The notes under the pieces: model-generated
The model's input: only the letters and a program-made list of their open reading frames with translations
The model's database searches: none
Told to the model about the DNA's origin: nothing
From: a virus
Taxonomy: Duplodnaviria > Caudoviricetes
Direction: 5' to 3' (one strand)
IMG/VR virus record: IMGVR_UViG_3300037408_000403
Coordinates: 3,026-67,025 of that record
DNA length: 64,000 bases
Position numbers and translations under genes: made by a program
In this document: in pieces, positions 1-8,629 of the stretch
How positions within the stretch are numbered: the stretch's first letter is position 1
Layout: every line of letters starts with the position of its first letter

Positions 1-141
1 ATCCGCAGACCAGGCCTTGTAGCGAGAGGGAGGAATGATCTCCCGACCTCATGATTATGAAGAGTACGGCTCCGGTCTTGTATGATGCAGGTTATCAATT
101 ACTTATTGTTCTAAAGTGGTGTTCTCCACGTTCATTTCCCA

Positions 142-149
142 CAAAAGTA
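142..149 (-). promoter_or_regulatory. Candidate Bacteroidota -7 promoter box (TACTTTTG), pointing out of the window to the left
   Basis: Exact TAnnTTTG match on the minus strand, with a TTTG 17 nt upstream (consensus spacing is 19-21). Confidence 0.4.
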
Positions 150-211
150 CCCTTTTCTCATGCCCTCAAAATGTTGTTGAAAACATCAGCTAAAGGTACT
201 GTTTTTATTGC

Positions 212-219
212 TATATTTG
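212..219 (+). promoter_or_regulatory. Candidate Bacteroidota -7 promoter box (TATATTTG-CA)
   Basis: Exact TAnnTTTG match in intergenic DNA; no clear -33 TTTG. Confidence 0.45.
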
Positions 220-266
220 CATCGTTGTGTTTGTTCAGATGATGACTATGCTAATGGTCTCTTCAC

Positions 267-297
267 AAAAAAGCCCCAGCGTTCTGCCGGGGCTTTT
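267..297 (-). terminator. Intrinsic terminator ending the late capsid/fibre/lysis operon (possibly bidirectional)
   Basis: GCCCC...GGGGC stem with A6 on one side and T4 on the other, just past the 319 stop codon. Confidence 0.8.
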
Positions 298-318
298 CAT
301 TTGGACTTAATGGTATAG

Positions 319-1146
319 TTATGAAAAGAGTTCTCCTGATCTTCTGTATGGTGTTTTTCGCTGCATGAGCTGGCTGCGGATCTTCGTCAGCTCGCTCTGG
401 TACCTGTTTGCCTCTATCTGAGCATCATCAATGTAGCGGTTAGTGAGATACCACTCCTTGACAAAGTATGCTGCCAATGCCTCTTTTATGGCTTCCTCTG
501 CTCCCTGGAGCATGTTCCTGTCCCAGGTGCTTTCCATCTCCACCTCATAAAGGATATGCTTGTCTGATGATTCAAAGGTCTTGAAGGTAAGTCCGGTTGG
601 ATCGTCAATGAAAGGCTCTGCCAGGGTGATAGTAAAGGCTGTATTGGAAACGATGTCTCTCTCCTGATCAATCAAATCCCCTGACATAATAACAAATCTG
701 TGCCCTGCCAGGGCGTTTACAGTGAGGTTAAGGGCCGTGTCGGTGATAACGGCTCCCTCTGCTAACTCAATCGTTCCTGTGGCAGAATTAGCCCCAAAGG
801 AGACACCATACTTATAAGCATCTGTCACATCCTTGGACCAGGCAGATAGTTTACGGAACACCTCAGCCCCTCCTGTTTTCATTATGTCATCAAAGAAGTC
901 TCTCTCATCATCAGTGATGGCGAAGCCTTCAACTGCCGGTGCTCCCGTCTGGTCCTTGGCAAAGCGGCCCCGGTATGCAGTTCTCTTCTTGCCCCTCTCG
1001 AAGATGTCATCAAGAGCTATAACAAATAGCAGCTTATAGATGTCAGTGACCTCTGCCTCTGCCTCAAGGTACTCTACCAGGGTGTTATAGCCGCTTCTGT
1101 AAAGGTCCTTGTAGCTGTCTAAGTTGGTGTTATATAAATAAACCAT
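319..1146 (-). CDS. Hypothetical virion protein (possibly adaptor/ring-like) with an apparent internal beta-rich insertion
   Basis: Last ORF of the late operon; ATG at 1146 lies 4 nt after the upstream stop; helical N- and C-terminal parts flank a GTIEL...FKTF beta-rich segment. Confidence 0.5.
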   Translation of the reverse strand: MVYLYNTNLDSYKDLYRSGYNTLVEYLEAEAEVTDIYKLLFVIALDDIFERGKKRTAYRGRFAKDQTGAPAVEGFAITDDERDFFDDIMKTGGAEVFRKLSAWSKDVTDAYKYGVSFGANSATGTIELAEGAVITDTALNLTVNALAGHRFVIMSGDLIDQERDIVSNTAFTITLAEPFIDDPTGLTFKTFESSDKHILYEVEMESTWDRNMLQGAEEAIKEALAAYFVKEWYLTNRYIDDAQIEANRYQSELTKIRSQLMQRKTPYRRSGELFS

Positions 1147-1150
1147 GTCG

Positions 1151-1747
1151 TTAGAATTTAATTCCGTATTCAACCTTAATATAACTGTTCACGAAGTTTC
1201 CGACCTCAAGGCCGTAGATCCTCCCTTTCTTATCGAGGTACTTCACCTCACCGGAGAATATAATGTTCTCACTCCCCATGCCGGCACCTATGGAACCATA
1301 GACCCCGGTCTGAGGTACTTTTTTCTCATAGGGTACCGGATATGGGGCCGGCACCTTTATCTCTGTTAGGATCTCCCGGATGGTGGGCCGGTACTCCCAT
1401 GAAATATCTTTCAGGGTGCCGAAGGTTTCAAAGTTTACCCAGGCTGCAATCTCATCATTAACGATGCTGTCACGGTAGGCTGTTATAACAGGATCTACTG
1501 AAACAGTTGTCCCGGGAGGAAGGGGCCTGTCAATATATTGGATCTCTTTTATGATAATGGTTGTGTCCCTGATGATGGTATCAGGCTTCATCTCAGCCAC
1601 AGCCACCAGGCTATCAAGAAATGACTGAGGGACCATAACATATCCCTCCTGATCCGAGGCAAGCCGCTTGCGAAGAACAGACAATGCAATAAACCCTATT
1701 AGGAGGATAATTGCAATGAGGATGATATTTGTAAGCCTTTTATTCAT
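1151..1747 (-). CDS. Putative spanin-like lysis protein (N-terminal TM, Pro-rich linker, C-terminal amphipathic beta-strands ending in Phe)
   Basis: IILIAIILLIGFIALSVL TM segment; ends YIKVEYGIKF; lies in the lysis region. Confidence 0.55.
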   Translation of the reverse strand: MNKRLTNIILIAIILLIGFIALSVLRKRLASDQEGYVMVPQSFLDSLVAVAEMKPDTIIRDTTIIIKEIQYIDRPLPPGTTVSVDPVITAYRDSIVNDEIAAWVNFETFGTLKDISWEYRPTIREILTEIKVPAPYPVPYEKKVPQTGVYGSIGAGMGSENIIFSGEVKYLDKKGRIYGLEVGNFVNSYIKVEYGIKF

Positions 1748-1758
1748 TCTTCTTAATA

Positions 1759-3363
1759 CTAATTTGTTAATACCAAAGCCCCCAATGCAATCATATTGGC
1801 TTTGGCGGTTGCACCTGATCCTGTGGGTGCTGCATTAGTTCCACCATCAAGCGAGACTTCATCTCCAGCATCAATCCCTATGCCGGCAGTTTCAAGGGCA
1901 ATAAGAATATTATTTACTACAATCTCCGTAAGTGCCATGTTCTGTGCAGTAAAGAAATATATATTTGCCCATTCGGGATGTGCTATAAGAGAAGTAAGGT
2001 TATTCCCACTCACATTAAAGTCCTCAATATCCCACGCACTATATGTAGTCAAAGCAGTGAGATTATTATTTTCACAGTAAAATTCTGCAAGATTTGTCCA
2101 CTCGGGATGAGTAACAAAAGAATCTATCTGGTTCGCTTGTATGTTTATTGTGTAAATACTTACCCACTCAGGATGACAGATAATTGATGTAAGGGTATTA
2201 TTTCCAACGTCAATATATGTCATATTAATCCACTCAGGATGAGTAGTTAACGAATCGAGTTCATTCCCATTAAGATATAAAACTGACAAATTAACCCACT
2301 CAGCATGCGTCTCAAAAACATTTATACTATTACCATTGAGTTCAATATTCTCTAACGCAATGCAATTTGCACTTATCTCACAAGAGGTAATACTTTGCGT
2401 TAGTGCACTGATATGCGTAATAGTTGAACCATTAGCTATGGTAACAGTGCCACCTGCAGTATATGAATGATTATAAGCCACAGGGCTTCCCGTAAGTGTA
2501 ACATTAGTTGTAGATCCGTCATTCCAATCTATAATCGTAGAACCAGTTCCAGCAAGATAAATCGTAAACAACCCAGCTTTGGTAGTTACTATCTCGATAT
2601 CAGAAGAAGTTAATGGTAATGTTCCTTCTGGATCTTCAATTTTGTCTCCCAGGTAATATAGATTATCATCATATATACACCTGGCTCCGGCACTAAGGGC
2701 GGCCCAGTCAGCATTCGCTTGCACAAGAGGAATAATGTCTCCAGTCCTATACTGTGATTCTGCCAGGTTACATGCAAGCCATTCAACTCCACCAATGCAG
2801 ATGGTAGGATAAACCTTCCCATCATTACCGGTATATGTGCCAGACTGTCCATCTGCAAGATCTGTTGTATTTTTAATGATACGAATCCCCATTCCAGTAT
2901 TATTCAAGGCCGGAGCATCCGCAGCATAAATAAATGAGAACGTATCACTGTTATATAAAAATCCAACGCCACTTCTATTATCCCCACCATAGTTATCAAC
3001 ATCAGAAGAATGAAATCTGCAATTATTCTTAATACCAGCAAATGAACCGGAGGCAAACCTTATCCCGTTACCCCTGGCATTGAATAAATAGAAATTGTTG
3101 GCCCCGGTGTTTGGAGTATTCCAATAGATAAGACTATTTTCTTTTACATATCCCCCCACAAATGTAGGATCAGCCTCTTGGTCCGAAGCAATAAAATCTC
3201 TTAATGCTTCCCATTCAGCTAATGTAGCAACATGAGATCCTGGTGCTGTTATGCCTCTCTCATCCTCTATTGAAAGCCTGTTATACAGATAGCCATATCT
3301 TACCGAAGCAAAGAGACTTGCTGCATGAAAAAGGATGGGCTTATCTGTTATGACGAGTCTCAT
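1759..3363 (-). CDS. FISUMP (circularly permuted) + leucine-rich-repeat protein
   Basis: YGYLYN...EWEAL...GIRIIKN precedes DGKVYPTICIGGVEWLACNL; C-terminal 22-aa repeats with THPEWxN. Confidence 0.75.
   Translation of the reverse strand: MRLVITDKPILFHAASLFASVRYGYLYNRLSIEDERGITAPGSHVATLAEWEALRDFIASDQEADPTFVGGYVKENSLIYWNTPNTGANNFYLFNARGNGIRFASGSFAGIKNNCRFHSSDVDNYGGDNRSGVGFLYNSDTFSFIYAADAPALNNTGMGIRIIKNTTDLADGQSGTYTGNDGKVYPTICIGGVEWLACNLAESQYRTGDIIPLVQANADWAALSAGARCIYDDNLYYLGDKIEDPEGTLPLTSSDIEIVTTKAGLFTIYLAGTGSTIIDWNDGSTTNVTLTGSPVAYNHSYTAGGTVTIANGSTITHISALTQSITSCEISANCIALENIELNGNSINVFETHAEWVNLSVLYLNGNELDSLTTHPEWINMTYIDVGNNTLTSIICHPEWVSIYTINIQANQIDSFVTHPEWTNLAEFYCENNNLTALTTYSAWDIEDFNVSGNNLTSLIAHPEWANIYFFTAQNMALTEIVVNNILIALETAGIGIDAGDEVSLDGGTNAAPTGSGATAKANMIALGALVLTN
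1969..2310 (-). repeat. 66-bp periodic LRR-coding repeats (ccactcaggatg-like unit)
   Basis: Unit starts at 2098, 2164, 2230 and 2296 (66-bp spacing), with a further copy at 1969. Confidence 0.85.
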
Positions 3364-3803
3364 TTGATCGTGATATAAACTTTTTTCCCTTGTTTCACTG
3401 CGGCCTCAATGCGAGAGACAATCAGTAATTCGAATTTTCTGCTGTCAATAACCAGTCCAGGGGCCTTATTTCTTCCGACAATAATACATCCAGCCGAGTC
3501 AATAGCTGTATTACCTGAATGTATCAGGACTCCTTCAAATCCCTTGACATTATGCAAGTACGGCAACTTGCGCTTAAACTTAGGAGACATCTCGAGCGTT
3601 ACCCGGTATCTCCCAAAAGGAATTGCTGTCTCATCATATACTTTTGCCTCGCCAAGGTCATTAAGATCTCCATCACGATTATAGTCCCTGACCTTATCTT
3701 CGATGGTGTCACAGATAAATTCAGAATCCATTGAAAGATGACCTATTGTATAGTCCTCTTTCATGTACTTGCGCCACAACACTATATCCAACTCAGTTGC
3801 CAT
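3360..3803 (-). CDS. DUF5675-like protein, putative endolysin
   Basis: YTIG...CDTIED...TAIPFGRY...SPKF...GVLIHSGNT..DSAGCIIVG motif set. Confidence 0.75.
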   Translation of the reverse strand: MATELDIVLWRKYMKEDYTIGHLSMDSEFICDTIEDKVRDYNRDGDLNDLGEAKVYDETAIPFGRYRVTLEMSPKFKRKLPYLHNVKGFEGVLIHSGNTAIDSAGCIIVGRNKAPGLVIDSRKFELLIVSRIEAAVKQGKKVYITIK

Positions 3804-4371
3804 TGTTTATCTTATAAGATCCAATAAATTCAAGGTTATCCATTGCCCACTGACGGCTCTGCTCCGGGTCATTATCCCAGTCAGATCCATCCATGATACA
3901 TTTACAGTCCATCTTTCGCATTAGATAATGTGAGAGCTCTATGCAGTACATTCTTTTCTCTGCCTCCTTCCCTGTCCTTCCTCTCCACCTTCCGGTAAAG
4001 AGTTTATAAATAAAGTCATAGAAGTTTTTATAATCATATGGAACTCCGGTACCATAGATAAATAGGTCCAGCTTGGCAGAGCTGATATCCTTCTGCGGCT
4101 CGATTCGGTATATAAATAGCTCCCTGGATTTGCCATCGTTGTAATATCCTTCAAACGTTCTGCTTCTGGAAACAGGGAATTGAGATCCACATACCCATCC
4201 GGCAATCATGATATCCGAATGGTTCACAGGCTTGCGCCATATCCTGTTAAAGCGCAGGGCATACAGGCGCATGAAGAAATGAATCCACTTAGCAAGAATG
4301 TTCTCGCTACGAACATAGATGATATATGCCCCGTGATCCAGTGCTGGGTTCAGTTCATTCAATGTGGTCAT
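3793..4371 (-). CDS. Permuted papain-like (YiiX/YaeF-type NlpC/P60) protein
   Basis: His (NHSDI) precedes Cys (MYCIEL), with a GVPYDY motif in between. Confidence 0.65.
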   Translation of the reverse strand: MTTLNELNPALDHGAYIIYVRSENILAKWIHFFMRLYALRFNRIWRKPVNHSDIMIAGWVCGSQFPVSRSRTFEGYYNDGKSRELFIYRIEPQKDISSAKLDLFIYGTGVPYDYKNFYDFIYKLFTGRWRGRTGKEAEKRMYCIELSHYLMRKMDCKCIMDGSDWDNDPEQSRQWAMDNLEFIGSYKINNGN

Positions 4372-4549
4372 TGTCCTTGGCCTTTTGCGGAGATGCAGTA
4401 CGCAGCCCCAGGTTTAATATGATGATACCTACCTGCCTCCGAGAATGGTCATAGTGAAGATCAAATAGCGTCAGCTTGCCGATGCGGACCTTCACAGCGA
4501 GCTTATCCCACTGCTTGTTTTTTGATTTCCAACCGTTGACAATATCCAT
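4355..4549 (-). CDS. Hypothetical protein
   Basis: Compact ORF packed between its neighbours. Confidence 0.55.
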   Translation of the reverse strand: MDIVNGWKSKNKQWDKLAVKVRIGKLTLFDLHYDHSRRQVGIIILNLGLRTASPQKAKDNDHIE

Positions 4550-4551
4550 GA

Positions 4552-4785
4552 CTATGATACTTTTAATTCCTTAGCCTTCTCAAGGCACTTTATCCGAATC
4601 TCATGTTCTGTAAGTTTTGCATCAACCTCATTGAACTTATCGTCATACTTCCGTTCATACTGTCTGATGACTTCAACAACATCACTGATCATCTCGGTTC
4701 GTAGTGTTGAGAACTGATCTTTAAACCATGCCTTGTCTGGCGCATCACAACTGCTTTTTCTGCGCTTGAATAGAGAGAATATCAT
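4552..4785 (-). CDS. Hypothetical coiled-coil protein
   Basis: Compact ORF; heptad-like C-terminus. Confidence 0.55.
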   Translation of the reverse strand: MIFSLFKRRKSSCDAPDKAWFKDQFSTLRTEMISDVVEVIRQYERKYDDKFNEVDAKLTEHEIRIKCLEKAKELKVS

Positions 4786-4835
4786 TGACTTTCACTTTAA
4801 AATTGGTTTGACTTTTATCTTGTATTGCATTGAAT

Positions 4836-5273
4836 CTATTTGCAGTCTGGCATTAACGCTGTCCTGCTGTCGTTTTTTTTTTCCTCTCCCTCAAGGATCT
4901 CAATGATCCTTGCATACCTCTCAAGTGACTTATCCTCCATAGAACGGACCGTATATCGTACTGCTTGATCAACTCTCATGACATAGTTACCAACATGAAT
5001 AAGGTTCTCTCCCTGTCCCTCTACTGTACGAATCAGTGAATCCAATCTCTTATCTACTAACCTCATCCAAGCAGTAAACTCCTGCTGATTATTAAGTACC
5101 AGGGTGATATTTTCATCAACTGTCTTTTCCTTATCAGCCTTGCGGTCCACATATTCAAACACTCCCCAGGTGGTAACAATAAATGTTGCCATCGCACCTA
5201 TCACAACCTTGATAGCAGTGGCGTACTGGTTAAACCATGTTATGTTCTGCAGGTCCGGGGATGCTTTCTTCAT
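4836..5273 (-). CDS. Membrane-anchored coiled-coil protein (lysis accessory candidate)
   Basis: One TM (AIKVVIGAMATFIVTTWGVF) then coiled coil; start overlaps the holin stop. Confidence 0.6.
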   Translation of the reverse strand: MKKASPDLQNITWFNQYATAIKVVIGAMATFIVTTWGVFEYVDRKADKEKTVDENITLVLNNQQEFTAWMRLVDKRLDSLIRTVEGQGENLIHVGNYVMRVDQAVRYTVRSMEDKSLERYARIIEILEGEEKKNDSRTALMPDCK

Positions 5274-5608
5274 CAGTCTTTCTCCTTAGAATAAATGATC
5301 TTCTTCTTAAATACCTCGTATATGGCTGCGGCAACACCAAGCCCAAGAAGGAATGATATGGTAAGAGCTCCCACGTTAGCCACCCACTCAGGAATGAATT
5401 GAGTCACGTTAAGCTCTATGTCACCTGTCATAACAAGCAGCACCATAGCCGCATCAAAGAGGACGGTGATGGCAAGTTCGGGCCAGTTATCTTTAAGCCA
5501 GAACGAAAGAGAGAAAGTCTTATCCTGTTCTCTGCGTCCACTGTACTTCGTCAGGAAGCATATAGCTATCCCGAGAATGTTGAGAATGATTGCAAGTAGT
5601 GTTTTCAT
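5273..5608 (-). CDS. Putative holin (3 TM, basic C-tail)
   Basis: Three hydrophobic segments, FKKKII tail, position at the head of the lysis genes. Confidence 0.65.
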   Translation of the reverse strand: MKTLLAIILNILGIAICFLTKYSGRREQDKTFSLSFWLKDNWPELAITVLFDAAMVLLVMTGDIELNVTQFIPEWVANVGALTISFLLGLGVAAAIYEVFKKKIIYSKEKD

Positions 5609-5629
5609 TGTATAGTTTTTATTAAGTTA

Positions 5630-8629
5630 TTACTCTGGTTGTCCATCCCATCCGGCTATCCTGGCAAGCATCCACCATTGAGCCTTAGCGAGCCTAATTG
5701 CCCCTGTCTCAGAAATATGTCCTATTGTTCCGGTCCCTACGTTTGTTGGTGTCATGTATTGATAAGTATTTCCATCATAAGTTCCAGTACTCTGATTTCC
5801 ATTATTATCATAAGAAAGGATATCTGCCCAGTCAAATAATATTCTCGTTGGATCTTCTTTCACCCAGTCTCTTATATAATCCATCTTAACCTGAGCTTGA
5901 TAGGCATTTTCGGGAGGATCTGATGCTTGTACCGGTCCGGTGGTATATATGACCTTTGTGTCAATATTATTTGTCTCACAGTAGTCACGATAATATTCTA
6001 TAGCTGCAAGATAGGTGTCCATGCTTACATCATTGCCAGTATATACCTTGTCCCCGGCATCTAATCCCATCGGAAGATCATCATTACCACCAGGAACTCC
6101 AACAGCATATCCCCACCATCTAAATCCATACTCTTCGTCCCAATCTGGTGATGGATTTCCTGACACTATATCCCAGCACCATGAATACCCTATTACAGAG
6201 TAGGGGCGTGAATTATCTGAGTAACTTTGAATTAATCCTGTAACCCAAGCACTGTCTATTGGCCTATCTCCTACCGGATATGCGTACCAAGAGAACCAAA
6301 CATCAGTGTAAACATATCCACTCGGATTATCATTGGATCTTAGATATTGATCGGTATAAGGCTCTCCTATACCTACGTTTACTGCGTAGGCAGGTTCGGC
6401 TGTCTCAAGCAATGTTAGACCAGTTCTATATGCAGATGAATGTGATCTACCAGAGAAGTAGATAGACATCTTTTTTACTTCAGCCATATATGCCGCAGGA
6501 ATAATATCGTAATCATCAACTATTGTATGATCTGCAATTATCTGAGAACCTATTGGTGGAGGATTCTGGTTTGACAATGTTATCTGAATAGTGTCATACA
6601 CTGCAGAAGCATCAGCAGCATCAGCCCTTACTGTAACAATTCCATCAGTTGACGCTGTAAGTAATCCGCTTGTAGATATGGTCCCCGTTCCAGTTCTATC
6701 TACCTTCGACCAAACGATAGATGTATCAGTAGCACTATTAGGTGATACGTCAGCATACATTTGGAGTGTGCCGTCATCAACAGAAATAGTCGTAGCCCCG
6801 CCTTGCCCTGCAATATTTATAGAAGTAATAAGAACAACCTCCTCTTCTTCAACTTCATCAGGAGGATATATTAATATCTTATCTCTTCCGCTTTTTTGGA
6901 AATTACCATCTGCGAGAATAATTCTTGAACCATAATGTGTTGGAGGAATAAATGTTGCAGTAGTGTTAAAGTAAATATTTGAACTAAAAGAAGTATCAAC
7001 AGAGTTAATAGCAAAAGCTCTAACATAATAAGTAGTCTCCGGCTCAAGATCAGATAGGCTTCCAGTATAAGCCCCAGTCCCACCGCCTACTACTACCTTG
7101 GTATCGCTTAAAGTTGGATTAATACTCTCCGACCAGCAGAATCCTCGGCTTGTAACTAATTCTCCACCATCATAGGAAACCGTTCCATGTGCGGTTGCAC
7201 TTGAATCGGTAATTGATGATATTTGCGTAATACTTACTGATGGTGCCGATGCCTCAAAAGTTCCTGATTCGAACCATCCAAGGTCGGGTGCTGTTCCATT
7301 AAACGGAATGTTTAACGTATCAAGACCAGCATCAATCATATCACTGGTAGGCCTTAACTTCATGAAGTCAATGTCTGGTAGTGAATTATCAGCCTTTCTT
7401 GCTCTTAGCATTTCTGTCCAGTCCACACTAATAAAATCGGCATCGTTAACAACGACAGCAGTTTCTGAGTTCCAGCTATTGTGACTTTCAGGCCATTCTA
7501 CTGATTGATCTTCTGCAACAAAGTAATAGTTCTCCCCATTCTCAGAGTCTATTGAGTGCTGCTCGTTATCGTAAGATATTGAATTAGCCGTTATCCAATT
7601 TGGCCCATTAACGTCTCCATAAAAGTTATAATTCATCCAACCCCAACCCATAGGCCCGATGTCATCAGGACCACACTCCTTATATCCATTATGATAAGCC
7701 GTACAATTTAGATATTGAGAGTTTTGCCTTGTATAGCCCCTGTTATTATCCGAGAACCCATAGTGACCATTCATTGCCCCAATACAGTGAAGCAATTTAC
7801 GCTGAATTGGGATGATGGTTTCCTGATCTGTTCTAATAGAAGCTCTTAATTTAAATCCACATCCTTCGCCATATAGCATACCACCATCAAACGCCCAGCA
7901 ATTTTTATACTCGATATAGCCACCACCCCCACCGGCAAAGCCATTATCAGAATATTGCCAAGCCCTACACCCTTCGTAAATAATAACTGAGGAGTAAACC
8001 CTTGACCCGTAAAGATGAGCATAGTTGTTGCACTGAAAGGCAACCCCATTCTGCCCGGGCCACCATGAAAGAGAGTCGCATACGTTATAGGCATCACAAT
8101 TCGTTATCCAGATAGTGTCATAATAATCGTACACCCCAATTCCTATTCCCCCTATATCATGAAATGTCATATCAGTAAATGAGGCATTACCAACATCCTC
8201 AGCAGTTATACCCTGCGTAATGACATCTACAAAGCGTTCTCTTAGATTTCGTATGGTAAGTCCCTTAAAATGGATGTTTTGAACTCCCTGTACTCTTATT
8301 CCAAAGTTTACACCAAGAGAGGGATTGACAACATTGGAACCGTCAAGTATGGGGGTTTCTCCGGGATAGGCTAAATAATAAACACCAAGTGCCTCGGTAC
8401 CACCTTCGGCCCATATGCCCTCGCCATCAAGTGTCGTGGATGGATAAACCCCTCCTCTAAAATATACTGTATCTCCGGGTTGTGCAGAGGTCATCCCCTT
8501 TTCCCACGTCAACCAGGGCTGCCCAATAGTTCCAGCGTTATTATTATTACCATTCGTAGCTACATAGTATTTAGTAGCATTAGCAGATATGCTTAATGAC
8601 AGCATTATGATGCTGAGTAAATTTTTCAT
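5630..8629 (-). CDS. Multidomain protein: signal peptide, PL9/pectate-lyase-like beta-helix, FN3, Ig-like (Big_2), C-terminal alpha/beta domain
   Basis: MKNLLSIIMLSLSISANA signal; YYVATNG...PGDTVYFRGGVY and LRPTSDMIDAG...APDLG; TTYYVRAFAINS; VWSK...GTISTSGLLTA. Confidence 0.75.
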   Translation of the reverse strand: MKNLLSIIMLSLSISANATKYYVATNGNNNNAGTIGQPWLTWEKGMTSAQPGDTVYFRGGVYPSTTLDGEGIWAEGGTEALGVYYLAYPGETPILDGSNVVNPSLGVNFGIRVQGVQNIHFKGLTIRNLRERFVDVITQGITAEDVGNASFTDMTFHDIGGIGIGVYDYYDTIWITNCDAYNVCDSLSWWPGQNGVAFQCNNYAHLYGSRVYSSVIIYEGCRAWQYSDNGFAGGGGGYIEYKNCWAFDGGMLYGEGCGFKLRASIRTDQETIIPIQRKLLHCIGAMNGHYGFSDNNRGYTRQNSQYLNCTAYHNGYKECGPDDIGPMGWGWMNYNFYGDVNGPNWITANSISYDNEQHSIDSENGENYYFVAEDQSVEWPESHNSWNSETAVVVNDADFISVDWTEMLRARKADNSLPDIDFMKLRPTSDMIDAGLDTLNIPFNGTAPDLGWFESGTFEASAPSVSITQISSITDSSATAHGTVSYDGGELVTSRGFCWSESINPTLSDTKVVVGGGTGAYTGSLSDLEPETTYYVRAFAINSVDTSFSSNIYFNTTATFIPPTHYGSRIILADGNFQKSGRDKILIYPPDEVEEEEVVLITSINIAGQGGATTISVDDGTLQMYADVSPNSATDTSIVWSKVDRTGTGTISTSGLLTASTDGIVTVRADAADASAVYDTIQITLSNQNPPPIGSQIIADHTIVDDYDIIPAAYMAEVKKMSIYFSGRSHSSAYRTGLTLLETAEPAYAVNVGIGEPYTDQYLRSNDNPSGYVYTDVWFSWYAYPVGDRPIDSAWVTGLIQSYSDNSRPYSVIGYSWCWDIVSGNPSPDWDEEYGFRWWGYAVGVPGGNDDLPMGLDAGDKVYTGNDVSMDTYLAAIEYYRDYCETNNIDTKVIYTTGPVQASDPPENAYQAQVKMDYIRDWVKEDPTRILFDWADILSYDNNGNQSTGTYDGNTYQYMTPTNVGTGTIGHISETGAIRLAKAQWWMLARIAGWDGQPE

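Noticed and set aside
2-85. Plus-strand frame with an internal TAG (SADQAL*REGGMISRPHDYEEYGSGLV) as possible readthrough
   Set aside because: Too short and cut by the window edge; no other evidence for TAG recoding.
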